The translations under genes and the position numbers were made by a program. Below are positions 13,492-26,000 of a DNA stretch of 64,000 nucleotides, piece after piece. Below the pieces are notes generated by a model that had not been told where the DNA came from, did no database searches, and was given only the letters and a program-made list of their open reading frames with translations. The number at the start of each line of letters is the position of its first letter. The first letter of the stretch is position 1. This DNA comes from Lytechinus pictus (Eukaryota), in NCBI RefSeq assembly GCF_037042905.1, contig NC_087251.1, forward strand, positions 1,302,001-1,366,000, in the 5' to 3' direction.

Positions 13492-14295
13492 ATATAACTC
13501 ACTGGATCCAGTGAATATTTGAACTCAACTTGAATGTGCTTTCTTTGAGTTTATTTTAGTCTCTCTGTGGAATGATCCTGACCTAGATGAGCAAGATGCT
13601 ACCAGAAGCTATCCATGAAGATGGATAATAAATCGCTTTGTAGGGGATAACCGGAAGTGGTTTTAGAACACCTTCATCATCTTTCTCTTGATCGATGAGA
13701 GAAAGTTTGTACTATCTGTACAATGTTGTGTAAACTTTTAATTTTGATTCCTTAGTAGGGCCCCACAGTCCATCAATGTGAACAAGGTTCCAATCAAGGA
13801 TTGCGCTTCATACATAGCGTGTACTATGGGAAGCTATAATATGGGTTGTCATAGCAACAAGATGTCTATATTATTTGCAGACGGATTCCCCCAATTGTTC
13901 TGGGGTGTGATCAAGTGCAAGTGGACCTTCTTTCTCAGTGCATGCTGTGCTGCCTAAATGCCTTCTGTATGTGTGTTTGTCCTTGTATGTATTGGTAAAA
14001 CTACAGATTCTTGAATACTTGAATGGATTTCTCCTTGCTTTCACCAGTATATAGTAGCAACTAGGAAAAATATGATTTTTTAATTTTATAGTTTGTACTG
14101 TCCATCCTTTGTGAAAATTGGTGTATGGTTGAATGATACTAATAGGCTTATGTTTTTATCCTCTTTATATATTTCTGGTAGATCATTTTACAAGTTTTAT
14201 AAAGATAATCATTGATAATAGAGTAGTAAAATTTCCCACTTTCTTTTTATTTGTTGTTTATTATAGAATGTTGAAGTGTATGTGGTTTATCTTGA

Positions 14296-14897
14296 AGGAC
14301 AAGTCCACCCCAACAAAAAGCTGCTTTGAATAGAAAGAGAAAAATCAAACAAACATAACACTGAAAATTTCATCAAAATCAGATGTAAAATAAGAAAGTT
14401 ATAACATTTTAAAGTTTTGCTTAATTTTTCAAAACAGTTATATGCACATCCTGGTCGGCATGCAAATGAGGGGACCGATGACATCCTCCACTCACTATTT
14501 CTTTTGTATTTTATTATATGAAATATAAATATTTTGATTTTCTCGTCATTGTCATGTGAAACAAAGTTTCATTCCTCCCTGAACACATGTAATTCAATTA
14601 TTTTAACATTTTGTGGTTCAAGCAAGGGGGTTCTAATTGTCGAATTCGTAAAAATTGAAATATTGTATTATTCAAACAATAAAAAACAAAAGAAATAGTG
14701 AGTGAGTGACATCATCGACTTTCTCATTTGAATATCACTGAGTTGAGCATAGAACTGTTTTGTGAAAAATAAGCGAAACTTTAAAATGTCATAACTTTCT
14801 TATTTTACATCCGATTTTGATGGAGTTTTCAACGTTATTCATGTTTGATTTTTCTCTATTTATTCAAATCAACCTTTTTCTGGGGTGGACTTGACCT
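14296..14897. mobile_element. Kolobok-like non-autonomous element
   Basis: TIRs AGGACAAGTCCACCCCA / TGGGGTGGACTTGACCT, with longer subterminal inverted similarity; TTGA on both sides. Confidence 0.8.
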
Positions 14898-15228
14898 TTG
14901 AATACATGTTGAATGATTGGTAATGTCTACATGTACTTGTTTTTTTAAAATCATATTATTTCTTATATCCCGGAAACTACTTAAACCCATCACAGAAACT
15001 CTCCCTTCCCCAAAATCCCCTACCATCAAGTGTAGCCATTGCAGGTTTCATGAAACCACCCTCAACATATTTTATTTTAAAGCCATTTTTATTGTTTTCT
15101 TTTATCCTAGATTATAGTATTCATTATCAATAGCATACACATTTACAAACAATAAAAAATTAAAGCGCGATAGGTTTTTTCCAGGCAACATTTATCTGGG
15201 ATGGAAAATTTTATTGTACTTTCAGCTC

Positions 15229-16594
15229 GGTGTAAAAATGGCAGCGGTAAAAATGGCAGCGGTAAAAATGGCAGAGGTAAAAATGGCAGCGGTAAAAATG
15301 GCAGAGGTAAAAATGGCAGAGGTAAAAATGGCAGCGGTAAAAATGGCCGAGGTAAAAATGGCCGTGGTAAAAATGGCCGAGGTAAAAATGGCAAAGGTAA
15401 AAATGGCAGAGGAATAAATAGCAGCGGTAATAATGGCAGAGGTAAAAATGGCAGAGGTAAAAATGGCAGCGGTAAAAATGGCCGAGGTAAAAATGGCCGA
15501 GGTAAAAATGGCCGAGGTAAAAATGGCAAAGGTAAAAATGGCAGAGGAATAAATAGCAGCGGTAATAATGGCAGAGGTAATACTGGCAGAGGTAAAAGTG
15601 GCTGAGGCAAAAATGATAACACTTGAGTTGGTATTTCTTATTTTTTCCTGGACTTACATGTAATAATTACATTATAGCCTTCTCTCATTTACTCCAAAAA
15701 TATATTTAAAACATCAAGAGCTTAAATCAGAATGTATAGTTTGATTGATTTATGGGAAATTTCATCATTCGTTGAAAAAAACGTTTTAAAACGATTTAAA
15801 ACGTTTTAAAACAATAAAAAAGTTTTATTTATTTATTTTTAATAAAAAACGTTTTTTATGACAACCCTGCTATGTACGCATTACAAAATTCATGCATTAA
15901 CAGTTACCATAGAAACTAGTTAAGGAACCTGATATCCACTTGTACTAGCTGCAATGAGGTACATGTATTACTCTGAAAAAAAATGAACACTAGTTGCCAT
16001 TGTTTTATCATTTAAAACGATATACGTATCATATCAATATCTATTCGGATCCATTATGATGTTGAAATATGAAAAATTACTTTTATTACAGAATGTTTTG
16101 TTATTTTTCTGTTATCCAAGTTATGCAAGTGGTTCAAAGAAATTCCGAACTCGTCTATTTCAGTGTGTTAATGGTAGCGCACATTGGTGTTTACATTACA
16201 ATCTGTATGGTATGTATGTGATGAAGTGCTGTTCTACTATACGAACTGGCCAAGATAAATCCTTTCATCACTCACTAATTGAAATCATTTTGGCATGAAA
16301 ATGTTTGAGTTTAATCATATCAATGATAAAGTATAGACCTAAAATGATTTTAAAAATCCAAATAATATCTCATCAGTTCATACATGTAATACTCATTTTG
16401 TAGATAGGAGTCCATTCAAGGTCAATAATTATGACTGATATTAACTGGAAAGGCCCTTATCTTTTCCTTGCTGATCTAGCATGTCATGATCTTTACCTCT
16501 GTCATTTTTGCCTCTGCCATTATTACCTCTGCCATTTTTACCTCTGCCATTTTTACCTCTGCTATTTTTACCTCTGCCATTTTTACCCAGCACC
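15229..16594. mobile_element. Foldback (TU-like) element with TIRs made of 15-bp tandem repeats
   Basis: About 25 copies of GGTAAAAATGGCAGA at 15232-15610 and about 6 inverted copies at 16490-16588, ending CCCAGCACC. Confidence 0.7.
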
Positions 16595-17204
16595 TAATTT
16601 TCTGCCTACATGTAGATTCCATTATTTCACAATGTTTGCTTTACAAACATGAGCTTTAGTGATGCAATGAGCAAAAGATTTTGAAGGGGCTAGACATGGC
16701 GTTTACAGCAAAGTTTCTAAAAAGCTACAAGCGATCGAAGCAAGCAAGCAAAAAAATTTGACCTTTTTAATACAAAAAGCTATTTTGTGATAGATTTTGA
16801 CACAATATAAAATATATATCATAATTCACCTCTTTTCCTTTTTATTTCCTTGTTTCTTTGTGAAAATTTGTGTGGTTCATGGACCTCCAAGCCCTCCCCT
16901 AATGCATTCATGTATTACATGTAGGTCAAATTATATATGTATAATACCTTAATTTAATGATGGTTTAGTAAAAAATATAACCTTGATTTATGATAAAGAA
17001 TTTTTTTCAAAACTCTAGTTTAGTCCTTCCTCCCCTGGTAGACCTTGTTACCCTTCGTTTTTAGAAGACTAGAGTATGTACTTGTACATTGAATTGTAGA
17101 AATGTTTTTATATACTTTGCTTTCTGTATCTCCTCTGCTTTTCTTTTATGCGGCTTGACTTTATAAAAGTTTGCAGGGTAATTATTTTTTGCGGTACAGT
17201 AATA

Positions 17205-17694
17205 TGCTTTTCACACTGCACTTTTTGTCCTAAATTGGTGGGGCTAAGGGGGGGTCTTAGCCCCACCAATTTCCCGGGGTTAAGCTTAGCCCACTTCGTT
17301 TTCACACTACGTTTTAGCAAAGTGGGCTAGCACGGTAAATAGTACGGTACTATCTGGCCCTGCAAAAAAGCAGGGTTAGCCGGCTTATTGTGGTGCTAGC
17401 ACCACAATTGCGGTGCTAAGAGATGCAGTGTGAAACGAAACAGGGCTAAGCAAAAGCGGGGCTAAGCATTAGCCAATCACAGAAGTCGAAATTGCACGTT
17501 AATCGCGCTCTGTATGGTAAAATCATCAATATTTATGAGCTGTGTGATTGCCCGGGGTTAAGGTGTTAACCCCGGCTAAGCAATAGTGCGGGGTTAAGAA
17601 AGACAGTGTGAATCGAAAAAAAAGATAGTATGGGGTTAAGGATAGTCCGGGGTTAAGGATAGTATGGGGTTAAGGAAATGCAGTGTGAAAAGCA
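17205..17694. mobile_element. MITE with TGCTTTTCACACTGCA TIRs
   Basis: Perfect TIRs flanked by TA; internal GGGCTAAG/GGGGTTAAG repeats. Confidence 0.8.
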
Positions 17695-18919
17695 TATATG
17701 AACGTCAGTGTAAGTTCTTGGTATACATGGGTATTTATTATTTAGTCAGTGCTGTGATTTCTTCTTCCCCATCAATTACCAATGTCAAAACATGGTTGTA
17801 TGGTCTAAACTTAGTAGGCTTTAATGAATTAGAAGTTGGTTGTGGATGGAAAACTCATCAGCGGGTATTGGTTGCAAAATTTAATTATATTGTGATGCAA
17901 GGTCTGCTACCCTTTAACTTTTTTATATACTGTGGTCTGTGAGGGGTTTTTCACACAAGTGTTTTCACCAGCTAGTGTCCCAATGAGGTTCATGCAATGA
18001 TGGAATACAAATAAGCACATTATCTTTATTAATCATATTTGAATAATGATTTTATTTGTCTTAACTTTGAATGCCAATTATATTGATGAAGAGTAATTTC
18101 AATGTGTGACTTTTTTAATGGCAGGTTTGGAGCACTCTCCAGTGATATGACTATCCAATTACTAGGCAACAAAAAGGGGGTTTTGATTGGAATAAAAAAA
18201 AAAGATTTTTGATTTTGAGAGACTTTCCTATCACTTTTAATTTTGCATGTATATTTTGTGTTTTTATTGATGCAGTTCACTTCGCAATCTGTGCATGTTT
18301 AAATGATGCTGGTATATCAGGGTTTTACCCAAATGTCTTCTTTACAAATTGAATTGAATTGAACTGATTGTCCAATTAAAAAGAAATTTGGTGCTCGCTG
18401 GTTATCAACAAATTTACAAATGCAAATACAACATATACAAATAAATGATATTTGACAGGTCTAATTTCAGGTCTATCATTATGGCTTACCTTACCAAAAT
18501 CATTGGCACATTGATTGCATGGGTACTGATTTGATTGCTGTTTGGTATAATTAAGTTAAATGTAGACTTTATTCATGTGAACAGTCTCTATAGAATAGCA
18601 GCCCTATATATGAACTATTAATCCCAGTGTTTTTAGGAACCATCAGAGGGACCTTTATTCAAAATTATTATAAGTTTTTGGTCTCATGTTGATACTCAGT
18701 AATTCACATTCTGTCATGGTATGAAAGTTTTAGGAAATCATACATCTGCTAAATGCATTTAGGTACATACCTGTATGTTTATGTGTCCATGAGTGCATTT
18801 ACCCTTGGGTATAAATTATACGCCTTTATGCATGATTCATATACTAGTATATTGAATTGTATTTTTATTTGCTCATGAGTTAATATATTGGATTTATGGT
18901 CATTACTTCACAATATACC

Positions 18920-19440
18920 ATGTGTTGCAATGTCGATTTTCAAATATAAACAGCAACATGAATCATGATTGAAAACTCAATTGCAAAACACCGAACGCAA
19001 ACGCAAGCAGCGGTGCACTGTTCAGTGTCGAAAATATAAAGCCGTTTATATGCTGATCATCTTCAAATTTCCCGCTTTCGAAAGAGCTGCTTTAGTGCGC
19101 AGTTTGACCATCACAAGAAAGGTCAGTTCTGGCACCTGTTTAAGTAGGCTCTCACTGCGAAAGTAAATTTAAAGACGTTTCAAACTTAATTGTGTTCAAT
19201 GTCGCATTTGTAATGCCCAAGGTCGTAAAATTTGAGCTGATCGCGTTTACAAATGCATCTTTTTCAACGTTTAAATTTTTACTCCAAATCATGATTTGAA
19301 AGACGTTTACTTTTATGACTGGGAATAGAGGACATTGAACTCACCCTTTGTTTCTCATTATATCTTCGATTTTTAATCACATTTTGAATCATGATTCATG
19401 TTGCCGTTTAAATTTTGAAACCGACATTGAACACACCCTG
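18920..19440. mobile_element. MITE with ~50-bp imperfect TIRs
   Basis: AATGTCG...AAACAGCAACATGAATCATGATT is inverted as AATCATGATTCATGTTGCCGTTT...CGACATT. Exact ends uncertain. Confidence 0.7.
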
Positions 19441-19791
19441 AGTAGTAATAACTGTAGACTGTAGTGTATATGTAGTAATATAGATTAAATAAAAATCTAT
19501 AATTTTCTCAATGATCACTGAATCGAAATGATCTGTACATGAGACATTCAGAATGTCTTCCTGAATATTTATAGAATGCATTGATTGGCCTCGTAATGTG
19601 TAAAGTCTTCCATGCTGCAACCTTTTTTGTTTCAGGCCTATGTAGAAATTCAAATGTTTTGAAAGTGTTGAAACTAATACAAATATCTTTGGAAAGTACA
19701 ATGTATTTTGAAATAATATTTGGAATTGATACAAAACAGTGGCTTACTGCCATCCTGAATTTGCTCAAGATTAATTTACAGACTTTAAAAA

Positions 19792-20056
19792 CATGGCCGT
19801 ACACAGAAACGTTTAGCTGGGGGGGGGGGGGGGCAGGACATGTAATTTTTTTTGAAAAAGGCTTGAAAGCTTGAAAGAGAGCGAAGTGACCAAGCTTCTC
19901 TTTGGGGCGCTCTTGTATGTTGTAAAGTGAAATTGAAGGATTTTGGGCATACTTTTAGTGAAATTTGTGAAAATTTTCAGTAAAAAAAGTGTAAATGTTC
20001 AAATTTCTGGGGGCGAGGCAACTGCTCCCCTGCCCCTCCCCCTGCGTACGGCCATG
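19792..20056. mobile_element. hAT-like MITE with G/C runs
   Basis: TIRs CATGGCCGTACACAG / CTGCGTACGGCCATG; flanks GACTTTAAAAA vs GACTTAAAA (imperfect TSD). Confidence 0.7.
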
Positions 20057-20924
20057 GACTTAAAATAAAGTATGTACATTTTCATGATCGTGGCAGTTTT
20101 CAATGAAGTATGAATCTGGCTTGTCAATAGACCTTCTTTAGGGTCATGCTATATGATGACCCTATTCTAGGTAGTTTATTCATAAGCCTGAGTAGACCGT
20201 TTTCATTCAAATAGTCCACACCAAATAGTAACATTTGCTTTGGGTAATTTGCAGTAGATCATGCTGCTTATGGCAGGAACCTTCTTCATTAAATCAGTCT
20301 TAAAGGAGACAAATGTCATAACTGCACAGGTCAGAATGAAGGTAAGTATTGGAGAAGCTTGGTTTGCTTGACCTCAACAAATGACCTTCGATCATGTAAG
20401 GATTCAGCACTACTCTGGTCTGCACCTGATGCTTCTAAAAGTAGAGCTAAAATACCTCTTTTAGCCCAAATCTTAAGTTCTGTACAACTAGGTGTGGACC
20501 AGCAACTAATGAGCGATTAAATGAAAGGGGTATTGATCTCTTAAAACTTTAGGATCCCTACTTTGATAATTGTGTATTGATATGTTACCATGAATAAATG
20601 TCTAGAGCCAAATCCAAAGTACAAATATGTATTGGATAGTTTGTCTATTAATTGCAAGTTGATTCATGAATGTAACATGGAGATGGTACCTAATAGCCCA
20701 ATAATAAATATTGATATTGGATATTGTTCTGGTTTAATATTCTGCTAAATATGATTTTCAGGAATGATCAGAGAAATTCATGATGTGACTGTTAGGGTCA
20801 GATTTTGGTGTGAGCTCTGCAGGCATCTAAATCTAATAAATCTATCTATCTACTGAGATATTGGACAACAAACAGAAGGCTCAGTTTAAAGCAACACCGT
20901 ACAAAGGCCTAAAGGAGTTCATAA

Positions 20925-20937
20925 AAGTAGCGTATGC

Positions 20938-20968
<31 letters not shown>

Positions 20969-21171
20969 CAGGTGTTAAACCCCCCTTTTTTAGTTTTTGA
21001 TACCCAAAACCACCCCTAAATATTCAACCCCCCTGAAAAAAATTAAAGACCTTTTTTTTTTGCTTGTCAATTTTTTTGGTGAAGAACTTTAATTTTTTTT
21101 TTTTTTTGCCTGTCAACATTTCATCCAGCTTGAACCCCCCCCCCCTTTAAAAAATCCTGCGTACGCTACTG
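20925..21171. mobile_element. hAT-like MITE with 8-bp TSD
   Basis: TIRs AGTAGCGTATGC / GCGTACGCTACT; GTTCATAA duplicated at 20917-20924 and 21172-21179; long poly-G inside. Confidence 0.85.
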
Positions 21172-22322
21172 GTTCATAAAGTAAGCGGTGCTCTGAAGTA
21201 ATGTCAGATAATGCAATGACTATGATGTGAATTCATATGGCATTCTATTTCAATATCATTGTGATTTTTAATGTAACTGTCTAACTGATGTGTACAGTAT
21301 TGTCAGATGTACATGTTTTTGTACTGTATATTAGGGATAGGGATTGTATATTATAATTCAGTCTTTCGTACTACTCCAGGGTATATTCCATGGAATGTAT
21401 GCGGCAATCAAGTGACTATGTGCCTTCTCTTGTTTCTAATTTTAAAAAATGTTAAATCACAAGGATCTGTCTTGTAAAACAAACAATGAATGTTTTTTTT
21501 TTAATTTTGCTATGGACAGAATATTAAATTCAGTGAAAGATGAATACATGTAGATCATTTCCTCTTTCCCCTCATGAAATATTCTGTCCATTACACTTAT
21601 AAACATTCATTATTTTTATGATGATAACACCATGTAGGCCTACAGTGTATTTCTTTGAAAACAAAGTCAACAGCTTCCCTTGATGCTGCAGAGTATAATA
21701 TCTAGTCCCTTTAAAAAGTCTTTTGAGGAGAATCTGTGGTTACCACCCATTAATTACATGTCTAGACATCAGTACTGTATATAGAGCAGAATATGGGATT
21801 AATATTTTTATGAAACTTGATATTAGTGTATAGGCCATTGATGAAATCTGTGAAATATATACATGTACAGTTAACTTTATGTGGCTTTGGCTTTTTATTT
21901 TATCGAATATTTTGAAATGATTTATTTGATTTTCTCCTGTAAAAGGATTTTTTTGGCTTTCTGGGTTTCATGTATGAAAGAATATCTTTATGCTATTTTA
22001 TTAAATCTTCATTGGATGGACACTATTGCATACAGTAGCTTTATGAAATGGTAAATGTAATAAGTATTTTCAGTTATCAAAGTATAGATGAAGTATTTGT
22101 TGATATTGTCAAGAAACTGCTCTTTATAAAAAATTTATAGTTGCCATGGTGATCGAAGGCTCTAGTAAGTGGCAGTTCTCTTCAATATTAGACTATGAAA
22201 ATAGATGTTTTCTCCTATATACCAGTAGTGGATTGTGACGGTTTGACCTTCGGATAAATTATAGTTCCCTTTAATATTTGATTTGATTCATTTCCCTTTT
22301 TTATCTTATGACTTTTCTTCAG

Positions 22323-22391
22323 GATGTTGAGTGCCTAGAACTGACCCAATTACGAGACACAAGAACAGGAAAATATGCTATGACACCAAAG
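22323..22391 (+). CDS. PLCB: PLC-beta exon, PH domain (DVECLELTQLRDTRTGKYAMTPK)
   Basis: TTTTCTTCAG acceptor, GTAAAA donor; 69 nt, phase 0-0; D-x-R-x-G PH motif. Confidence 0.93.
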
Positions 22392-22462
22392 GTAAAACTT
22401 CTCTTTATATGATCAATAATATGCCAAAGAAAAAGAATTCTTGTGCATGCAGGCAGTAATGT

Positions 22463-23085
22463 CGTCAGTGATTTTACGAACTGGCTCAAACCTCAGCTGA
22501 TCTCCAAAACAAGATTTAGAGACAATCACGTTCAAAGTTTGGATCAATATTTATACCAATTTAAAGCATACATTCTATTTTTTCGTAATAATATACAAAA
22601 TTTTGTCTGCAATTCGTATTCATTCTTTCAATATTTGAAATGAAGTGTATGTATGCATTTCAGAAGCTGCTAATTTTCACCCAAAACAGGGGGATTGAGC
22701 CAGTTGGTAAAATCATATGCACTATGCGCTCTGTTTTTTATCGGCACAAACCACGGTTTGAGCCAGTTTGTAAAATCATTCATGCCATGCGCATGTTTTT
22801 TTAGAGGCACAAATCCTGCGCAAACCACATACGCGCAGCATCTACGTTTGGTATTTGACATGCATGCGCCATTCCAAAGACTATATTACACAAAGAATGG
22901 TTTGAGCCAAATCAAAGGAGGAAGTTGAACCGGTTCATAAAAATATTAAATATGCCCTTATTTTTGTTAATGATATGAATTTTGGCAATCAATAGAGTGA
23001 ATCACAAGCTTTCCGAATATGCGAAAAAATAAATTTAGATAATTTGACTGAAAATTAGGTTTGAACCTTCGTAAAATCACTGACG
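22463..23085. mobile_element. MITE with CGTC termini and 4-bp TSD (Sola1-like)
   Basis: TIRs CGTCAGTGATTTTACGAA / TTCGTAAAATCACTGACG; ATGT on both sides; internal copies of the subterminal motif. Confidence 0.85.
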
Positions 23086-26000
23086 ATGTGAGCAAAGAGC
23101 TTGTACATTTGCTGTGCTGCTTAAATTGTCTATGTACTAAAGCAACATGTTCAAGATATTTGAATATAATATATTTGGGACATTGTAGGAAAAATTTGAT
23201 AATTTGATTTGAGGACTCAAGAACAAATTTCTATACTTGATGAAAAGAAGATTAACATTTATTTAGAAACATGGTTTTTATTGCATCGATGTATGATAAT
23301 TAAATATATCAGAGCGTTAGATTAATTTATTATCTGTTGCATGCAGTTTCTATTCAAGTTGTCCCACTCATCTGTACCATTGCATAGGTGTGACAAAGAA
23401 CGTTTTGTGAGAAAATTTAATCTTTGTCCCAAGTTATCAGAAACCATTTTTCGATTGTAAGTAATTACCATAACAAATTAGAATTCTATAAAAGTGGGAC
23501 TGGCAGATTATTCTTCAGTGAAGATACTACATGTATAAGAACCAAAAATAAATCATGTGAGCTTTCTTCTTAGATCTTTCTATACTTAAATGATTAATAG
23601 TTGGGTGTAATTACTTTTGAATGCTTACAAAGCATGAAGAGTTCTCAAGGATCATAGAATAAATTAATTGATATGAGTTGTATTAATATTTTAACTCAAG
23701 TTGCGTTCAAATTTATTAAAATATAAACATACAATTTTAACAGGTATATTTCATTTTTGAATTATTCCATCATATTATACATGCAGATCATATACAAATA
23801 ATTATATTCAGCCAATTCATATCTATACAATTGTTGGACAAATATTTAATACTTGTTTTACATGTATTAAATATTTGTGGTACACCCCCATATATCCTGA
23901 GGAATAATATGAGCTGTATCTTGATCAGTCAACAGATTAGCACATTGTACATCTATGGGTTAATGAATATTCAACACGAACCACCTAAATAGAAAAATGC
24001 ATTTAGACAATGATAAATATTTATTTAAAAAATTTTGCCTGTACAAATGGGAAATATGGATTTACAGTGATGTAAGGAAAATCGTTTAGGCCTTGTTATG
24101 GAAACACCCCTTTGGGGCTTTGCTGGTTCCTAAAATCTAAAAAATCATGTGAAGTGCTTGATTTGTAATTGCTTGTTATGTTTTTAAGAGTATTTTCTAT
24201 GCAGATATTGTGTGTTGTACACAAAAGTTGTAGAAAAAATATAACAATTCATTATGATACAAAATTTTCATGAATTCAATGTCAAGATTGATTCTCTAAA
24301 CTTCGACATATTCATGACCATAATGTTTTTTAGCTATATAAGAAGAGGAAATATTGTGGATTGGAAAACATTTTCAAAAAATTAATAGTCTCTTGGGCAT
24401 TTGGCGTAGTGGCAACTGCACAAACTCTTGTTTTAAATACATTGTTGAGATATCGATGGATGATGAATCTAGATTGCTATCACGTCTTTTTGCATTTTTC
24501 TTGGAATTCAATTCACTCTTTAAAATTCCCAGTACAATTCTAAAGTGACGTTTCTTGATCTTTCCTCTTTCACACCCACATTGTATTATCTCTCTAACCC
24601 AAATTTGAATCAATTCAAGCAATAATTGCAGTCTTAACCAAATGGTTAATGGGTAAACTGAGATAAATTATGGGTGGAGGATTTAACCATCCTTGCAGGG
24701 CATTTATCCCATTAAATCCATTAGCTTTCCCCTCAATCCTCTATTCGCTCGGATCATCTGACTCTCACTCTCTGTCCAAGGAGCTTTCAACCGAAGCTCC
24801 TTGCTCTGTCTCTCGCTAATATGTGAGTGAAATGGGAGACAAAATACCTCTTGGCTGATAAGTGGTGAACCCTAAGGGAAGCATCTGTAAAAACAAGTGT
24901 AAAGCAACATTCCAGGAACCATTTGGTATGTTCATTTTGATGGCTATTCATCACTTTGCACGTTATAAGATGAACAGCGTTCTGATGTGCAGCCCTAATT
25001 AGGAACATCTTCATCAGAATGAAGTGGGTGTTTTGTAGCTTGTTATTGCTGATCCCATGAATTAGCCTTATCAAAGAATATTAGGCTTTTTTCTGCTCGA
25101 GCCTGCTATTTTGTTTAAAAAAAAGTAAGCTCAAAACTTCCAAGACATATTTCGAGAATAGCTAAGCTGCAAATTAGCCTGCTATTTTGCCAGGTGACCT
25201 CACCGATAAGATCATGTTAAGCAGGGCCCGCTGGGAGAACAGTTTTTTTAAACCGAAGTGGTTATGGGTAAAATATATTATTGTTATTATCATTAATATT
25301 ATTATTATTATTACCAGACCGATTTAAGCCTGATTCATTTTTCTGAGCATGCCACGTGCGTAATTACATGTACATGAACATGCGGTGCAAATATCACACC
25401 TACATGTACGAAAATGCCTCCTAATTTCGGGCTTGAGCTCGCTTCATATATCTTTGGTCTTACTTTGTGCTGATGAAGATGGGAAGCAAACTGAAGCAGG
25501 ATAAAGCATCCACTTCATTGCATATCTTTCCAGTCGCAAGTTGTGATCATGATTCAAACCCTAATCAATAAAAGTGCTGTCAAACTCTGTTGAGAAACGG
25601 TATTTGATCAAAGTTAAGGCTCTTGGTGAAGTTATTGGTGTGATATGAATTATTATCTTATTACTTTCAATGTACTTTCAGCATTTAATTATAGAATTAA
25701 AATGATCTCATAAACTGTTTCATGTATTTTAAGTTTTATAGTACAAGCAAACATATCAGCTTACCATCAAAGGGTCATAAAGTCTACCCAACAACTACAT
25801 GTAAATGATTTGAAATTAGATTAAAAAAAAACATGAATGTCAGGGAAAATAAGATCGACATTGGATACAAAATGCAAAAGAAATTACACTTTTAAATTTT
25901 TTCTTATTTTTACTATTAAGGGGATAAATAGATTGTTGTCACACTCAACCAAAAATGGCAGAAGGGGTAGAAAAGGACTGAGAAATTACAATGTAACCAT

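Noticed and set aside
15143..15622. (KNGRG)n / (LPFLP)n ORFs
   Set aside because: Stop-free translation of the 15-bp tandem array; no splice or start context.
24354..24622. Overlapping short ORFs with faint Tx1/L1-like wording
   Set aside because: No diagnostic motif; similarity too weak to call.
25220..25315. Possible HDV-like ribozyme (CTGGGAGAAC...CGAAGTGG)
   Set aside because: Could not build the P1/P3 pseudoknot; it looks more like a LINE/SINE 3' end with an (ATT)n tail.
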